Translations under genes and position numbers: made by a program
Assembly: GCA_964594755.1 (NCBI GenBank)
Contig: CAZQMO010000004.1
Location: forward strand, 4,311 to 68,310
DNA from: an uncultured Candidatus Saccharibacteria bacterium
GTDB lineage: Bacteria; Patescibacteriota; Doudnabacteria; UBA920
DNA: 64,000 nucleotides
Direction of reading: 5' to 3'
Shown here: in pieces, positions 9,462-17,287 of the stretch
How the letters are laid out: each line of letters starts with the position of its first letter
How positions within the stretch are numbered: the first letter of the stretch is position 1
Notes under the pieces: generated by a model
Databases searched by the model: none
What the model was told of the DNA's origin: nothing
What the model saw: the letters and a program-made list of their open reading frames with translations, nothing else

Positions 9462-9633
9462 TTATTCTATAATATGTTTTCATCCTTTAAATGAGACCAA
9501 AGAGAATTGAAAACCTATTTGCTTTAATTATCAGTATTCAACTTGATAATTCTAAATTGTTATAATTTTGGAAAACTTTTCTTGCACCAATAAAACCAAA
9601 TCAAAAACGCCCAACTGGGCGTTTTGTAATTTT

Positions 9634-9708
9634 TGGTAGCGCTACGGAGAATCGAACTCCGGTTACCAGGATGAAAACCTGGTGTCCTAACCACTAGACG
9701 ATAGCGCC
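9634..9708 (-). tRNA. tRNA-Glu (anticodon UUC)
   Basis: Minus strand: GGCGCTA acceptor, GTCT/AGTGGTTA/GGAC D-arm, CCAGG-TTTTCAT-CCTGG anticodon arm (TTC), CGGAG-TTCGATT-CTCCG T-arm, encoded CCA. Hairpin aacgcccaactgggcgtt follows downstream. Confidence 0.85.
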
Positions 9709-9717
9709 TCGTCCAAA

Positions 9718-9883
9718 TTTGGCTCACTTGCTTGTGGCCGCTCCTCGCCCTTGGCTCGACCGGCTCGCTCGCTTGTTCACCAACTTTCTCCTCTCAAATT
9801 TTCACTTAACTTACACCCTCGCTCCGAGCTTCCTTGTTACACTGCGTCAGCTCGGCTCGGGTTTAGCCCAAGTGAAAATTTGG
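9718..9883. repeat. GC-rich IR-bounded structured element (diverged member of the dispersed family)
   Basis: A 12-bp perfect IR (aaattttcactt at 9796-9807, aagtgaaaattt at 9870-9881) bounds a GC-rich loop. The flanking GC-rich segment to the left contains ggctcgctcgcttgttcacc, resembling the B/C module ggctcactcgttgctcgct. The ORF-track ORFs 9719-10041 here are probably noncoding. Confidence 0.4.
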
Positions 9884-10096
9884 GTAAATGCTTTTCTTCA
9901 AATAACTCTCGCATTTTAACAGATTTAGGGAGTTTTGGCAAGGCTGTTGGTGCAATAAATTTATTCTGGTACATTAAATGTAATGGTAAAGCAAAGTTTT
10001 GGTTTAAGCGGCAAGCCAGTGATTCGTTCCTATCAACTTAAGCGCCGCCAAGTCATCCCGAAATCAAAAACTCAAATTCAATCTTGGCGGTTATTG

Positions 10097-10708
10097 ATGT
10101 CAGGCGTGTTTATTGCTGGAGCATTAACTGGTGTGGTAGCTATGATGGGAGATGACTATGCTGAAGCCGAGCGAGCTGCTCAGGATAGACAGAAACTAAT
10201 AGCAGGGTCTTCATCTACGGAAGCGTGGACTATGCCACTAGATTTTTCTACTGAGGACTTAGAAGTTGTCGCAGTTATGTTGCCAATTCTGATTCAAGAA
10301 ACTCGTCATGAACCTAACGCAGCGGAATTAGCGAATCAGAAGCGCAAAGACGACTTGCGAGCTTACTTCGAAAGTCGAAATAGCCCGTTTGTGGATGATG
10401 CTACCTTAGATGCATTTTTGTCTTCTAACAATATGAAGCTGATGATTGCTATTTCTTTTGTAGAGAGCACGATGGGGAAACGTTGTTACTACAATAACTG
10501 TAGCGGTATAGGTGGTTATCCGCCAAACTTGCGAAAATATGATTCTTACGCGGATTGGGTTCGCGACTTTGATTCTTTGTTAGAACGGCGTTATAAGGGG
10601 ATGGAGCCAGAAGATATGATGGGTGTGTATGTTCAGCCGGGGAGTCCGAATTGGATTAATGGTGTTCGTCAGATCTTAGCGGAATTAGAAAAACAGGGGA
10701 TTGAATAA
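10097..10708 (+). CDS. membrane-anchored glucosaminidase-like peptidoglycan hydrolase (FlgJ/Gmd-type domain), putative
   Basis: N-terminal TM helix VFIAGALTGVVAMMG; ESTMGKR...NNCSGIGGY...YDSYADWVRDFDSLLERRY fits the N-acetylglucosaminidase domain pattern (ESgwG...NNlFGi...Y.s...S..dy). Start chosen at the internal ATG. Confidence 0.5.
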   Translation: MSGVFIAGALTGVVAMMGDDYAEAERAAQDRQKLIAGSSSTEAWTMPLDFSTEDLEVVAVMLPILIQETRHEPNAAELANQKRKDDLRAYFESRNSPFVDDATLDAFLSSNNMKLMIAISFVESTMGKRCYYNNCSGIGGYPPNLRKYDSYADWVRDFDSLLERRYKGMEPEDMMGVYVQPGSPNWINGVRQILAELEKQGIE

Positions 10709-10758
10709 AAGTTTATTGTTATTTTATTTGACACAGAAAAATATTATAGTAGGATATA

Positions 10759-10780
10759 GATACCCCCCCATGGGGGGTTA
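10759..10780. promoter_or_regulatory. G/C-tract palindromic operator (CsoR/RcnR-type) overlapping promoter and RBS
   Basis: gataCCCCCCCATGGGGGGttatc is a near-perfect palindrome between the tattatagt -10-like box and the ATG of the CsoR-like gene. It resembles known RcnR/CsoR operators (e.g. TACT-G6-N-AGTA). Confidence 0.5.
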
Positions 10781-10784
10781 TCCT

Positions 10785-11051
10785 ATGACTAAAGAACAAC
10801 AAAATTTAATAAAGCGAATTAAAACAGCACAAGGTCATCTTGGCGCAATTGCCGCCATGGTCGAAAAAGACACTTACTGCATGGACATTATTAACCAGAA
10901 CCATGCTGTTATAGAAGCCTTGCGTAAAGTTAATCAGTTAATTTTGGAAGGATATTTGGGTGAGTGTGCTCTTGATGCGGTCAACCATAAAAATCCAGCC
11001 AAGCGCAAAGCAGCAGTTGCTGAGTTAGTGAAGATTTATACTAAGAAATAA
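10785..11051 (+). CDS. CsoR/RcnR/CstR-family (DUF156) transcriptional repressor
   Basis: LIKRIKTAQGHLGAIAAMVEKDTYCMDIINQNHAVIEALRKVNQLILEGYLGEC matches the CsoR-family fold signature. Ligand-position residues are C...Y...C (two Cys, no His), which is CstR-like. Stop lies 1 nt before the trxB start. Confidence 0.7.
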   Translation: MTKEQQNLIKRIKTAQGHLGAIAAMVEKDTYCMDIINQNHAVIEALRKVNQLILEGYLGECALDAVNHKNPAKRKAAVAELVKIYTKK

Positions 11052-11052
11052 T

Positions 11053-11988
11053 ATGAACGACAAAATTTACAACACAATTATTATTGGTAGCGGTCCGGCA
11101 GGCCTCACCGCCGCGTTATATGCCGGTCGAGCAGAGTTAGAGCCATTGGTTATTGCAGGATTACAACCTGGCGGTCAGTTAACTATCACAACTGATGTCG
11201 AAAATTTTCCTGGTTTCCCAGAAGGTATTCAAGGTCCAGAACTGATGCAGAAGATGACTGCGCAAGCTGAAAGATTTGGCGCCAAAATTGTTCAAGAGAA
11301 TGTAGCTAGCGTGGATTTTTCTAGCAAACCATACAAAATAAAGACAGATAGCAATGAATATCACGCCCATAGCGTAATCATCGCCACTGGTGCCGAAGTG
11401 AAGTGGCTTGGCCTGCCCAACGAAACACGTCTCCGTGGTAAAGGCGTTACTGCTTGCGCGACTTGTGACGGCTTCTTCTTTAAGGATTTAGATATCGTGG
11501 TTATTGGGGGCGGAGATAGCGCCATGGAAGAAGCATTGTTTCTAACCAAATTCGGCAAGTCAGTTACGATTGTCCATCGCCGTGATGAATTCAAGGCTTC
11601 CAAGATTATGCTCAAGCGGGCCCAAGAACACCCAAAGATTTCCTTCATCACTGATGTCACCGTGGTTGATATTTTGGGAGAAGATTCGTTTACCGGAATA
11701 AAGATCAAAGACAATAAGACCGGAGAAGAACGAGAGGTTGCAGCTGGGGGTTATTTTGTGGCCATTGGGCACTCGCCAGCGGTTCAAGTTTTTAAGGACG
11801 CCGGCGTAGAGCTGGATAGCAAGGGTTACATTGCTCAAAAACAGTTTACTCAAACAAATATAGAAGGCGTATTTGTAGCCGGAGATGTCCACGACCACCG
11901 CTACCGTCAAGCCATTTCTTCTGCAGGGGAGGGGTGTAAGGCAGCTCTTGATGCAGAGAAGTATCTTACGGAGTTAAATCAAGAATAG
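11053..11988 (+). CDS. trxB: thioredoxin-disulfide reductase
   Basis: GSGPAG FAD motif, CATCDGFF redox-active CxxC, GGGDSAMEEA NADPH motif. Confidence 0.85.
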   Translation: MNDKIYNTIIIGSGPAGLTAALYAGRAELEPLVIAGLQPGGQLTITTDVENFPGFPEGIQGPELMQKMTAQAERFGAKIVQENVASVDFSSKPYKIKTDSNEYHAHSVIIATGAEVKWLGLPNETRLRGKGVTACATCDGFFFKDLDIVVIGGGDSAMEEALFLTKFGKSVTIVHRRDEFKASKIMLKRAQEHPKISFITDVTVVDILGEDSFTGIKIKDNKTGEEREVAAGGYFVAIGHSPAVQVFKDAGVELDSKGYIAQKQFTQTNIEGVFVAGDVHDHRYRQAISSAGEGCKAALDAEKYLTELNQE

Positions 11989-12108
11989 AAGTATGTCATT
12001 CCTGGGCCCACCGCAGGTAGGAACCGGGAATCCACTAGACAGTCAAGATAATTTAATAGATCCCCGGTTCTCCTCGCTTTGCTCGGGGACCAGGGGTGAC
12101 CAAATAAT

Positions 12109-13320
12109 ATGAACAATCCCTTTGAATCAGCCAAGCGGCAACTCCAGGCAGCGGCCGACGTAGCCAACTTGGATAAAAACAAAATTGACGAATTGATGCA
12201 TCCAGACCGGTATATTGAGGTTTCAATTCCAGTACAAATGGATGACGGGTCTCAAAAAATTTTTGAAGGTTTCCGCAGTCAGCATAACAATGCCCGAGGT
12301 CCATACAAAGGGGGTATTCGTTACCACCAAGATGTAAATTTAGACGAGGTGCGCGCTTTAAGCTTTTGGATGACTTTTAAGAATGCAGTCATTGACGTTC
12401 CTTTTGGCGGAGGCAAGGGCGGCATTATTGTAAACCCTAAGGAATTATCTGAAGTTGAGTTAGAAAAACTCTCCCGCGGCTATATGCAAAAAATGTTTCG
12501 CAATTTTGGCCCGGAAATAGATGTGCCTGCTCCAGACGTAAACACTAACGGCCAGATTATGGGCTGGATGCGTAACGAGTACGAAAACCTGACCGGCACT
12601 GTCGCTCCAGGGGTGATTACTGGCAAAGCGATAGAAGATGGTGGCAGCGAGGGTCGCACCGAAGCAACTGGGTATGGCGGGGGATATGTTTTACGCGAAG
12701 CTTTGAAGGCAGGGTTAGTATCGGATGATCGCAAGACTATCGCTGTGCAAGGGTTTGGTAATGTAGCGACTTACTTGGCCGAGTATGTTAAAGAGCATGG
12801 CTTTAAGGTGGTTGCTTTATCCGACAGCAAGGGCGGAGTGTATAACGAAGCTGGTATTGATATCTCTGCGGCCGAAGCACATAAAAAGGCCACAGGCTCT
12901 TTGAATGGCTTGGAAGGTGCTACTTCTATCACCAACGAGCAGTTATTAGAACTAGATGTCGAAGTTTTGGTACCAGCGGCATTAGAAAATGTTATTACTA
13001 AAGTTAATGCTGCAAAGATTAAAGCTAAGCTGATTTTGGAAATGGCCAATGGCCCAACGACACCTGAGGCCGACCAGATTTTGCAAGATAATGGCGTTGT
13101 GGTAATTCCAGATATCTTGGCCAATAGCGGTGGCGTCTGCGTGAGTTATTACGAATGGTATCAGAATATGCATAATGAAAAGTGGGCCAAGCAGGATGTT
13201 TTGGCCAAGCTTGATGCGCAGATTACCAAGGCATTTGCAGATGTTCTCGCAGGCTCAAAACAGCATGCTACTTCACTTAGAACAGCAGCCTATATAGTCG
13301 CCGCCGAGCGAATTATCTGA
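12109..13320 (+). CDS. gdhA: NAD(P)-dependent glutamate dehydrogenase
   Basis: GGGKGG catalytic motif (PFGGGKGGI), GFGNVATY Rossmann motif, ~400 aa ELFV dehydrogenase. Confidence 0.85.
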   Translation: MNNPFESAKRQLQAAADVANLDKNKIDELMHPDRYIEVSIPVQMDDGSQKIFEGFRSQHNNARGPYKGGIRYHQDVNLDEVRALSFWMTFKNAVIDVPFGGGKGGIIVNPKELSEVELEKLSRGYMQKMFRNFGPEIDVPAPDVNTNGQIMGWMRNEYENLTGTVAPGVITGKAIEDGGSEGRTEATGYGGGYVLREALKAGLVSDDRKTIAVQGFGNVATYLAEYVKEHGFKVVALSDSKGGVYNEAGIDISAAEAHKKATGSLNGLEGATSITNEQLLELDVEVLVPAALENVITKVNAAKIKAKLILEMANGPTTPEADQILQDNGVVVIPDILANSGGVCVSYYEWYQNMHNEKWAKQDVLAKLDAQITKAFADVLAGSKQHATSLRTAAYIVAAERII

Positions 13321-13344
13321 GAAATGTAAGAACAAAGCCAGTCG

Positions 13345-13728
13345 TTAGACTGGCTTTTGAGTTGCGTCAATTGCTTGAACAATGAAGCGTATAGCAATGG
13401 TTGCTTTCTGTTGCTCTCTCTGTTCCAGGCAAACAAATTTTTGGCCAGCAAGAATAGCATACGGTATTTGACTGTCTAAGCGGTAAACGCTGGTGCAGCC
13501 AGGTTGCCTGATTTGCATCGTGGACTGCGTGCCACCTTGCATACACCATTCAAAGTAGTAGCGACTGGTTCTAAAGTGCACAAAGTCGCATTCGCCAAAC
13601 TGGCCGGGGTAATATTTAACAAGATCAGGATTAGCTTCAATGTCCTCCGCGATCTTATCAAGGGTGGTTATTTGCGGGCATTCCTTGCTCATAACACTAC
13701 CTCCCTGCAATTTTTTCCAGTATAGCAT
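13345..13728 (-). CDS. Cys-rich hypothetical protein (GC-elevated), likely starts at internal MSKECPQ
   Basis: Six Cys (CPQ, GECDF, EWCMQGG, PGCTS, FVCLE); no family recognised; local GC is higher than the neighbours. Confidence 0.4.
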   Translation of the reverse strand: MLYWKKLQGGSVMSKECPQITTLDKIAEDIEANPDLVKYYPGQFGECDFVHFRTSRYYFEWCMQGGTQSTMQIRQPGCTSVYRLDSQIPYAILAGQKFVCLEQREQQKATIAIRFIVQAIDATQKPV

Positions 13729-13742
13729 GTTAAAATTATTAT

Positions 13743-14657
13743 ATGTATGACGTCATAATTATCGGTGCTGGCCCAGCAGGAATGACTGCGGCCATCTACA
13801 CAGCACGAAAAAAATTAAATACTTTGGTTCTAGCTAAAGAAGCTGGTGGTCAAATGGTATGGAGCAGTGATGTCGAGAACTATACTGGTTTCAATATGAT
13901 TAGTGGTGCTGAGTTAACTTTGAAATTTCAGGAACATTTGTCTACGCTTAAAGAAGATTTAGAAGTTAAGATAGGTGTGGAGGTTGCCAGAATTGAAAAG
14001 AATATCACTAGCTTTGAAGTAAGTGACAAGCAAGGCAATCAGTATTTTGGTAAGACTGTAATTATTGCTTCTGGGAAAAACCCACGTCATTTGAACATTC
14101 CTGGTGAGAGTGAATTCTATGGTCATGGCGTGGCTACCTGCGCAACCTGCGACGCGCCTCTTTACAAAGGAAAAGATGTCGCAGTGATAGGTGGTGGAAA
14201 TTCTGCTTTGGACGCAGTTTTGGCCTTGTCCAAAGTGGCCAAAACTGTGGCGGTTGTGAATATTAATCAAGCTTTATCTGGTGATTCAATTGTCAAAGAA
14301 AAAATTGAACATTCCGGTAATGTAAAAATATATAATAACACCAAAACTTTGTCTGTTTTAGGAGAGAAGGCCGTAACAGGTTTGGAGATTCATCAATTTG
14401 GTAAAGACAAGGAAATATTGACAGTGTCTGGAGTGTTTGTGGAAATCGGCTATGAGCCAAGCATTGCTTTTGATCAACTTACTAAAAAGAATGAAAAAAA
14501 CGAAATTGTCGTGGACGGCAACTTGCAGACTAGCGTACCCGGGATTTTTGCCGCCGGCGACATCAATGACGCCTGGGGCGAACAGATTATCATTGCAGCC
14601 GGGGAAGGCGCTAAGGCCGCCATGGCCGTGAGTAACTACTTGAACAGACTGAAGTAG
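13743..14657 (+). CDS. thioredoxin reductase-like flavoprotein disulfide reductase (second paralog)
   Basis: GAGPAG, CATCDAPLY (CxxC), GGGNSALDA, and a C-terminal GD motif GDINDAWGEQ. Confidence 0.75.
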   Translation: MYDVIIIGAGPAGMTAAIYTARKKLNTLVLAKEAGGQMVWSSDVENYTGFNMISGAELTLKFQEHLSTLKEDLEVKIGVEVARIEKNITSFEVSDKQGNQYFGKTVIIASGKNPRHLNIPGESEFYGHGVATCATCDAPLYKGKDVAVIGGGNSALDAVLALSKVAKTVAVVNINQALSGDSIVKEKIEHSGNVKIYNNTKTLSVLGEKAVTGLEIHQFGKDKEILTVSGVFVEIGYEPSIAFDQLTKKNEKNEIVVDGNLQTSVPGIFAAGDINDAWGEQIIIAAGEGAKAAMAVSNYLNRLK

Positions 14658-14711
14658 GTTGTTGATGATAAGTATACAAAAAAAGCTCTGGAATGTTCCA
14701 AAGCTTTTTAA

Positions 14712-15275
14712 TTAGTTATTGACGCGTTCTACGTAAGCGCCGCCTTCGCGAGTATCTACGCGCACCACATCACCTTCTTTGATGAACATTGGCGCCTGCA
14801 CGCTCAGTCCAGTTTCAAGCTTGACTGGCTTGGTAACGTTACCACCGCTGTTACCGGTTACTCCTGGAGGAGCTTCTATGACTTTAAGATCAACTTTAAT
14901 CGGCAGTTCTATAGAAACAGGTTTGCCGTTAAATCGCAAGATGATTACTTTTAAGCCTTCGGTCAAAAATGGTTCTTGTTCGGCTGTAATCTCTTTATCA
15001 AAATCAATCGTCTCAAAAGTTTCATTATTCATGAAGTGAGTACCTTCGTCGTCAGCGTACAAAAAGTTGGCGTTTTCGCGGGTGACGTCGGCACCTTCAA
15101 CTTTTTCACCGAACTTGAAGCTGTACTCCAAAACTTTTCCAGTAATTACATTGCGAAGCTTCGCTTGCATTACCGGTTTACGCTGGGCAGTTCGCATGCG
15201 GTTAGACCAGATTACCTGGAAAGGTTCGCCGTTCATCAATACAATTGCTCCTAATTTTACGTCGTTGAGGTCCAT
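14712..15275 (-). CDS. efp: elongation factor P
   Basis: KPVMQAKLRNVITGKVLEYSFKFGEKVE with the conserved KPG-region lysine context; 187 aa. Confidence 0.85.
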   Translation of the reverse strand: MDLNDVKLGAIVLMNGEPFQVIWSNRMRTAQRKPVMQAKLRNVITGKVLEYSFKFGEKVEGADVTRENANFLYADDEGTHFMNNETFETIDFDKEITAEQEPFLTEGLKVIILRFNGKPVSIELPIKVDLKVIEAPPGVTGNSGGNVTKPVKLETGLSVQAPMFIKEGDVVRVDTREGGAYVERVNN

Positions 15276-15374
15276 ATTTTATTACTATATTCATTCTCAA
15301 ATATCTATGTCATTCCGTGAATGCGGAACTTCATTCTTTGATTTTATGATTTAGAATTTTTAATTGTAAATTAG

Positions 15375-15474
15375 CCGTCCACTTTTTCGGGGGCGCTCTC
15401 GCGGCTTATCCAGTCAAATCCGCATAGATTTGACTGGGCCGCTGGCGCTAGCTTACCCCCTCTTAAGTGGACGG
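15375..15474. repeat. GC-rich nested-hairpin element downstream of rpsR
   Basis: Outer 10-bp IR ccgtccactt / aagtggacgg; inner 11-bp IR ccagtcaaatc / gatttgactgg; GC-rich interior. Confidence 0.5.
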
Positions 15475-15493
15475 CGGGAAGTAGTAAATGCTG

Positions 15494-15739
15494 TTAAGCG
15501 GCGACGAAAGGCAATAAAGCCATGTGGCGAGCGCGCTTAAGCGCGATAGTAATCATGCGTTGGTGCTTAGGGCAAGAACCAGTGCGGTTGCGAGATAAAA
15601 TCTTCGCGTGTGGAGACATAAAACGACGCAAAGTCTGGGTATCTTTGTAGTCTACAGTGCTAATTTTATTAGCACAGAAATAGCAGACTTTTTTGACAGG
15701 AGCCGCGTCGCGGTCCCGGTTATTCTTATTGTATGGCAT
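15494..15739 (-). CDS. rpsR: 30S ribosomal protein S18
   Basis: [16 protein letters not shown]...LRRFMS...[15 protein letters not shown]...[13 protein letters not shown]. Confidence 0.85.
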   Translation of the reverse strand: MPYNKNNRDRDAAPVKKVCYFCANKISTVDYKDTQTLRRFMSPHAKILSRNRTGSCPKHQRMITIALKRARHMALLPFVAA

Positions 15740-15758
15740 AGTTATTTAGAGAATAGGA

Positions 15759-16244
15759 TTAAAATGGAATATCATCTACGTTGATGTCTTCACCTTGTTG
15801 AATTGTTGGAAGTTCTTCAGCAGGTTCAGGTTGACTCACTGCAGAGCTAGCCATTGCGCCAGCTCCAGCTCCGGCAGCAGCATAACCTGCACCAGTAGAG
15901 GAGCCGTCACCGCGGCCACCATCTAACATAATCATGTTGTCGGCGATAATTTCGGTGCGGTAATTCTTCTTACCATCTTGACCATCCCAGCTGCGGGTCT
16001 GTAAGCGGCCTTCGATGTAAACGCGCTGACCTTTCTTAAGGTATTGTGCAGCGATTTCACCAAGCTTACGCCAGAGCACCACATTGTGGTATTCAACGTT
16101 TTCAACTTTTTGACCAGATTGCTGGTTAGTGTAGACGAAGTTAGTAGCAAGACCAAGCTGACAGACGCTAGCGCCAGAAGGAGTGGTCTTGAGTTCTGGA
16201 TCACGGGTTAGTCTCCCAATGATCATAGCTTTGTTTAAATCCAT
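15759..16244 (-). CDS. ssb: single-stranded DNA-binding protein
   Basis: OB-fold N-terminus MDLNKAMIIGRLTRDPELKTTPSGASVCQLGLATN, Gly/Ala-rich linker, acidic tail DDIPF. Confidence 0.85.
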   Translation of the reverse strand: MDLNKAMIIGRLTRDPELKTTPSGASVCQLGLATNFVYTNQQSGQKVENVEYHNVVLWRKLGEIAAQYLKKGQRVYIEGRLQTRSWDGQDGKKNYRTEIIADNMIMLDGGRGDGSSTGAGYAAAGAGAGAMASSAVSQPEPAEELPTIQQGEDINVDDIPF

Positions 16245-16254
16245 ATTCGTAGTT

Positions 16255-16435
16255 CCGAAGTTGTGGCCGCTGATTTTCAGTCTGGGGGACCCAGACTTCT
16301 AATCAGCCCTTGTCCGATAGCTGTGTTATTTTCCTCGCTGCCCACTCGGCGTACGTTTCAGTACGCGCCGTGTTCAGCTCGGAAAATGCCTTGCTCTCGG
16401 CCAAGCCAAAACTTCTTGATTAATGGTTTAAGTTT
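16255..16435. repeat. GC-rich structured spacer between rpsF and ssb (multi-hairpin element)
   Basis: Hairpins ctgatt-ttc-agtctggg-gga-cccagact-tct-aatcag and gcgtac-gtttca-gtacgc; outer IR gaagttgtggc / gccaaaacttc. About 180 nt at roughly 55% GC inside an AT-rich operon. Confidence 0.45.
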
Positions 16436-16443
16436 AAAATCTT

Positions 16444-16914
16444 TTAAGCGACTTCTTCGTTGAGTGCTTTTTCGATTTCTTCTTCCAACTTTTCGTTGGT
16501 AACCGGTGCAGCCTTTTTAGCAGGCTTAGCTTCTTTTGCTGGAGCAGTTTCTGCAGCGTCTTCGGTTGGGATGCGACGCTTCAATTTAGACTGAGCAACG
16601 CGGTCCTTTTCTAAGCGTTCTAGGTGTTCATCAATGTTCACGATGATGTGGCGGATGATGCTAGCTTTTTGGGTGCGGATTTTCGCTTCCAAAGGTGCTA
16701 AACCCTTACCTTCCATATCAAAATTGATGACCCCGTAATGACCGTTACGAGTCTTACCGATTTGGTAAGCTAATTTCTTTTTGCCCAATTGTTCGTGGAC
16801 AACGTTCTGACCGCCAAAATCAGCAACCATTTGCTCGATACCGGCGCTCGCGGAAGGGACTTGGTCGTCCGATACGCTAGAGGCGAGAATGTACATAAGT
16901 TCATATCTCGGCAT
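16444..16914 (-). CDS. rpsF: 30S ribosomal protein S6 (with C-terminal Lys/Ala/Glu-rich extension)
   Basis: MPRYELMYIL...GHYGVINFDMEG S6 core; gene order rpsF-ssb-rpsR. Confidence 0.8.
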   Translation of the reverse strand: MPRYELMYILASSVSDDQVPSASAGIEQMVADFGGQNVVHEQLGKKKLAYQIGKTRNGHYGVINFDMEGKGLAPLEAKIRTQKASIIRHIIVNIDEHLERLEKDRVAQSKLKRRIPTEDAAETAPAKEAKPAKKAAPVTNEKLEEEIEKALNEEVA

Positions 16915-17103
16915 AAGGAATTCTCCTTATCTCTACAATCCAATTATTATAGAGAACATTTAATTGTGTACAATCTTGGCCTTGGCTTAGGATTGCCTGG
17001 TTCTATATTAGCAGAGCTAAATAAAAAAAGAACCAAGAAAAACCTAAATTTGAACCAAAATTTCCTTAATTCTACCTAAAATCTTAACTTTTGGCAAGTA
17101 CTA

Positions 17104-17127
17104 AAAAAGACCCATTTGGGTCTTTAG
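17104..17127 (-). terminator. minus-strand terminator
   Basis: Minus strand reads aaagacccaaatgggtcttttttag. Confidence 0.6.
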
Positions 17128-17130
17128 ACA

Positions 17131-17270
17131 TTGAAGAGGAAGTGGACCACGTCGCCGTCGCGTCAGACTTGCCTTGCCCCGTTCGCTACTGGCTAAAGCC
17201 AATAGCTCACTAAGCTCGGAAGTCTTCCTTTATCCAAATCACTTAACCCTTTAGGTCCAAGTGATTTGGA
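17131..17270. repeat. GC-rich element in ychF 3' region, diverged family member
   Basis: ccccgttcgctactggct and gctcactaagctcgg resemble the ccgctactcgctggc / cggctcactcgttgctcg modules of A/B/C; terminal 11-bp IR ccaaatcactt / aagtgatttgg. Confidence 0.4.
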
Positions 17271-17287
17271 TTTTATTTAAGATGTAT

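Noticed and set aside
6338-9708. Integrated mobile element / genomic island at tRNA-Glu
   Set aside because: The AT-rich genes and a direct repeat are suggestive, but there is no integrase or recombinase, and no repeat of the tRNA 3' end; resemblance of the 37-mer to the tRNA end is limited to tggtag. Recorded only as a possible acquired islet.
9719-10041. Three overlapping plus-strand ORFs (66-96 aa) upstream of the glucosaminidase-like gene
   Set aside because: They translate a GC-rich IR-bounded repeat block (Leu/Ala/Arg/Pro-rich and low complexity, with no SD), so they are more plausibly noncoding element sequence.
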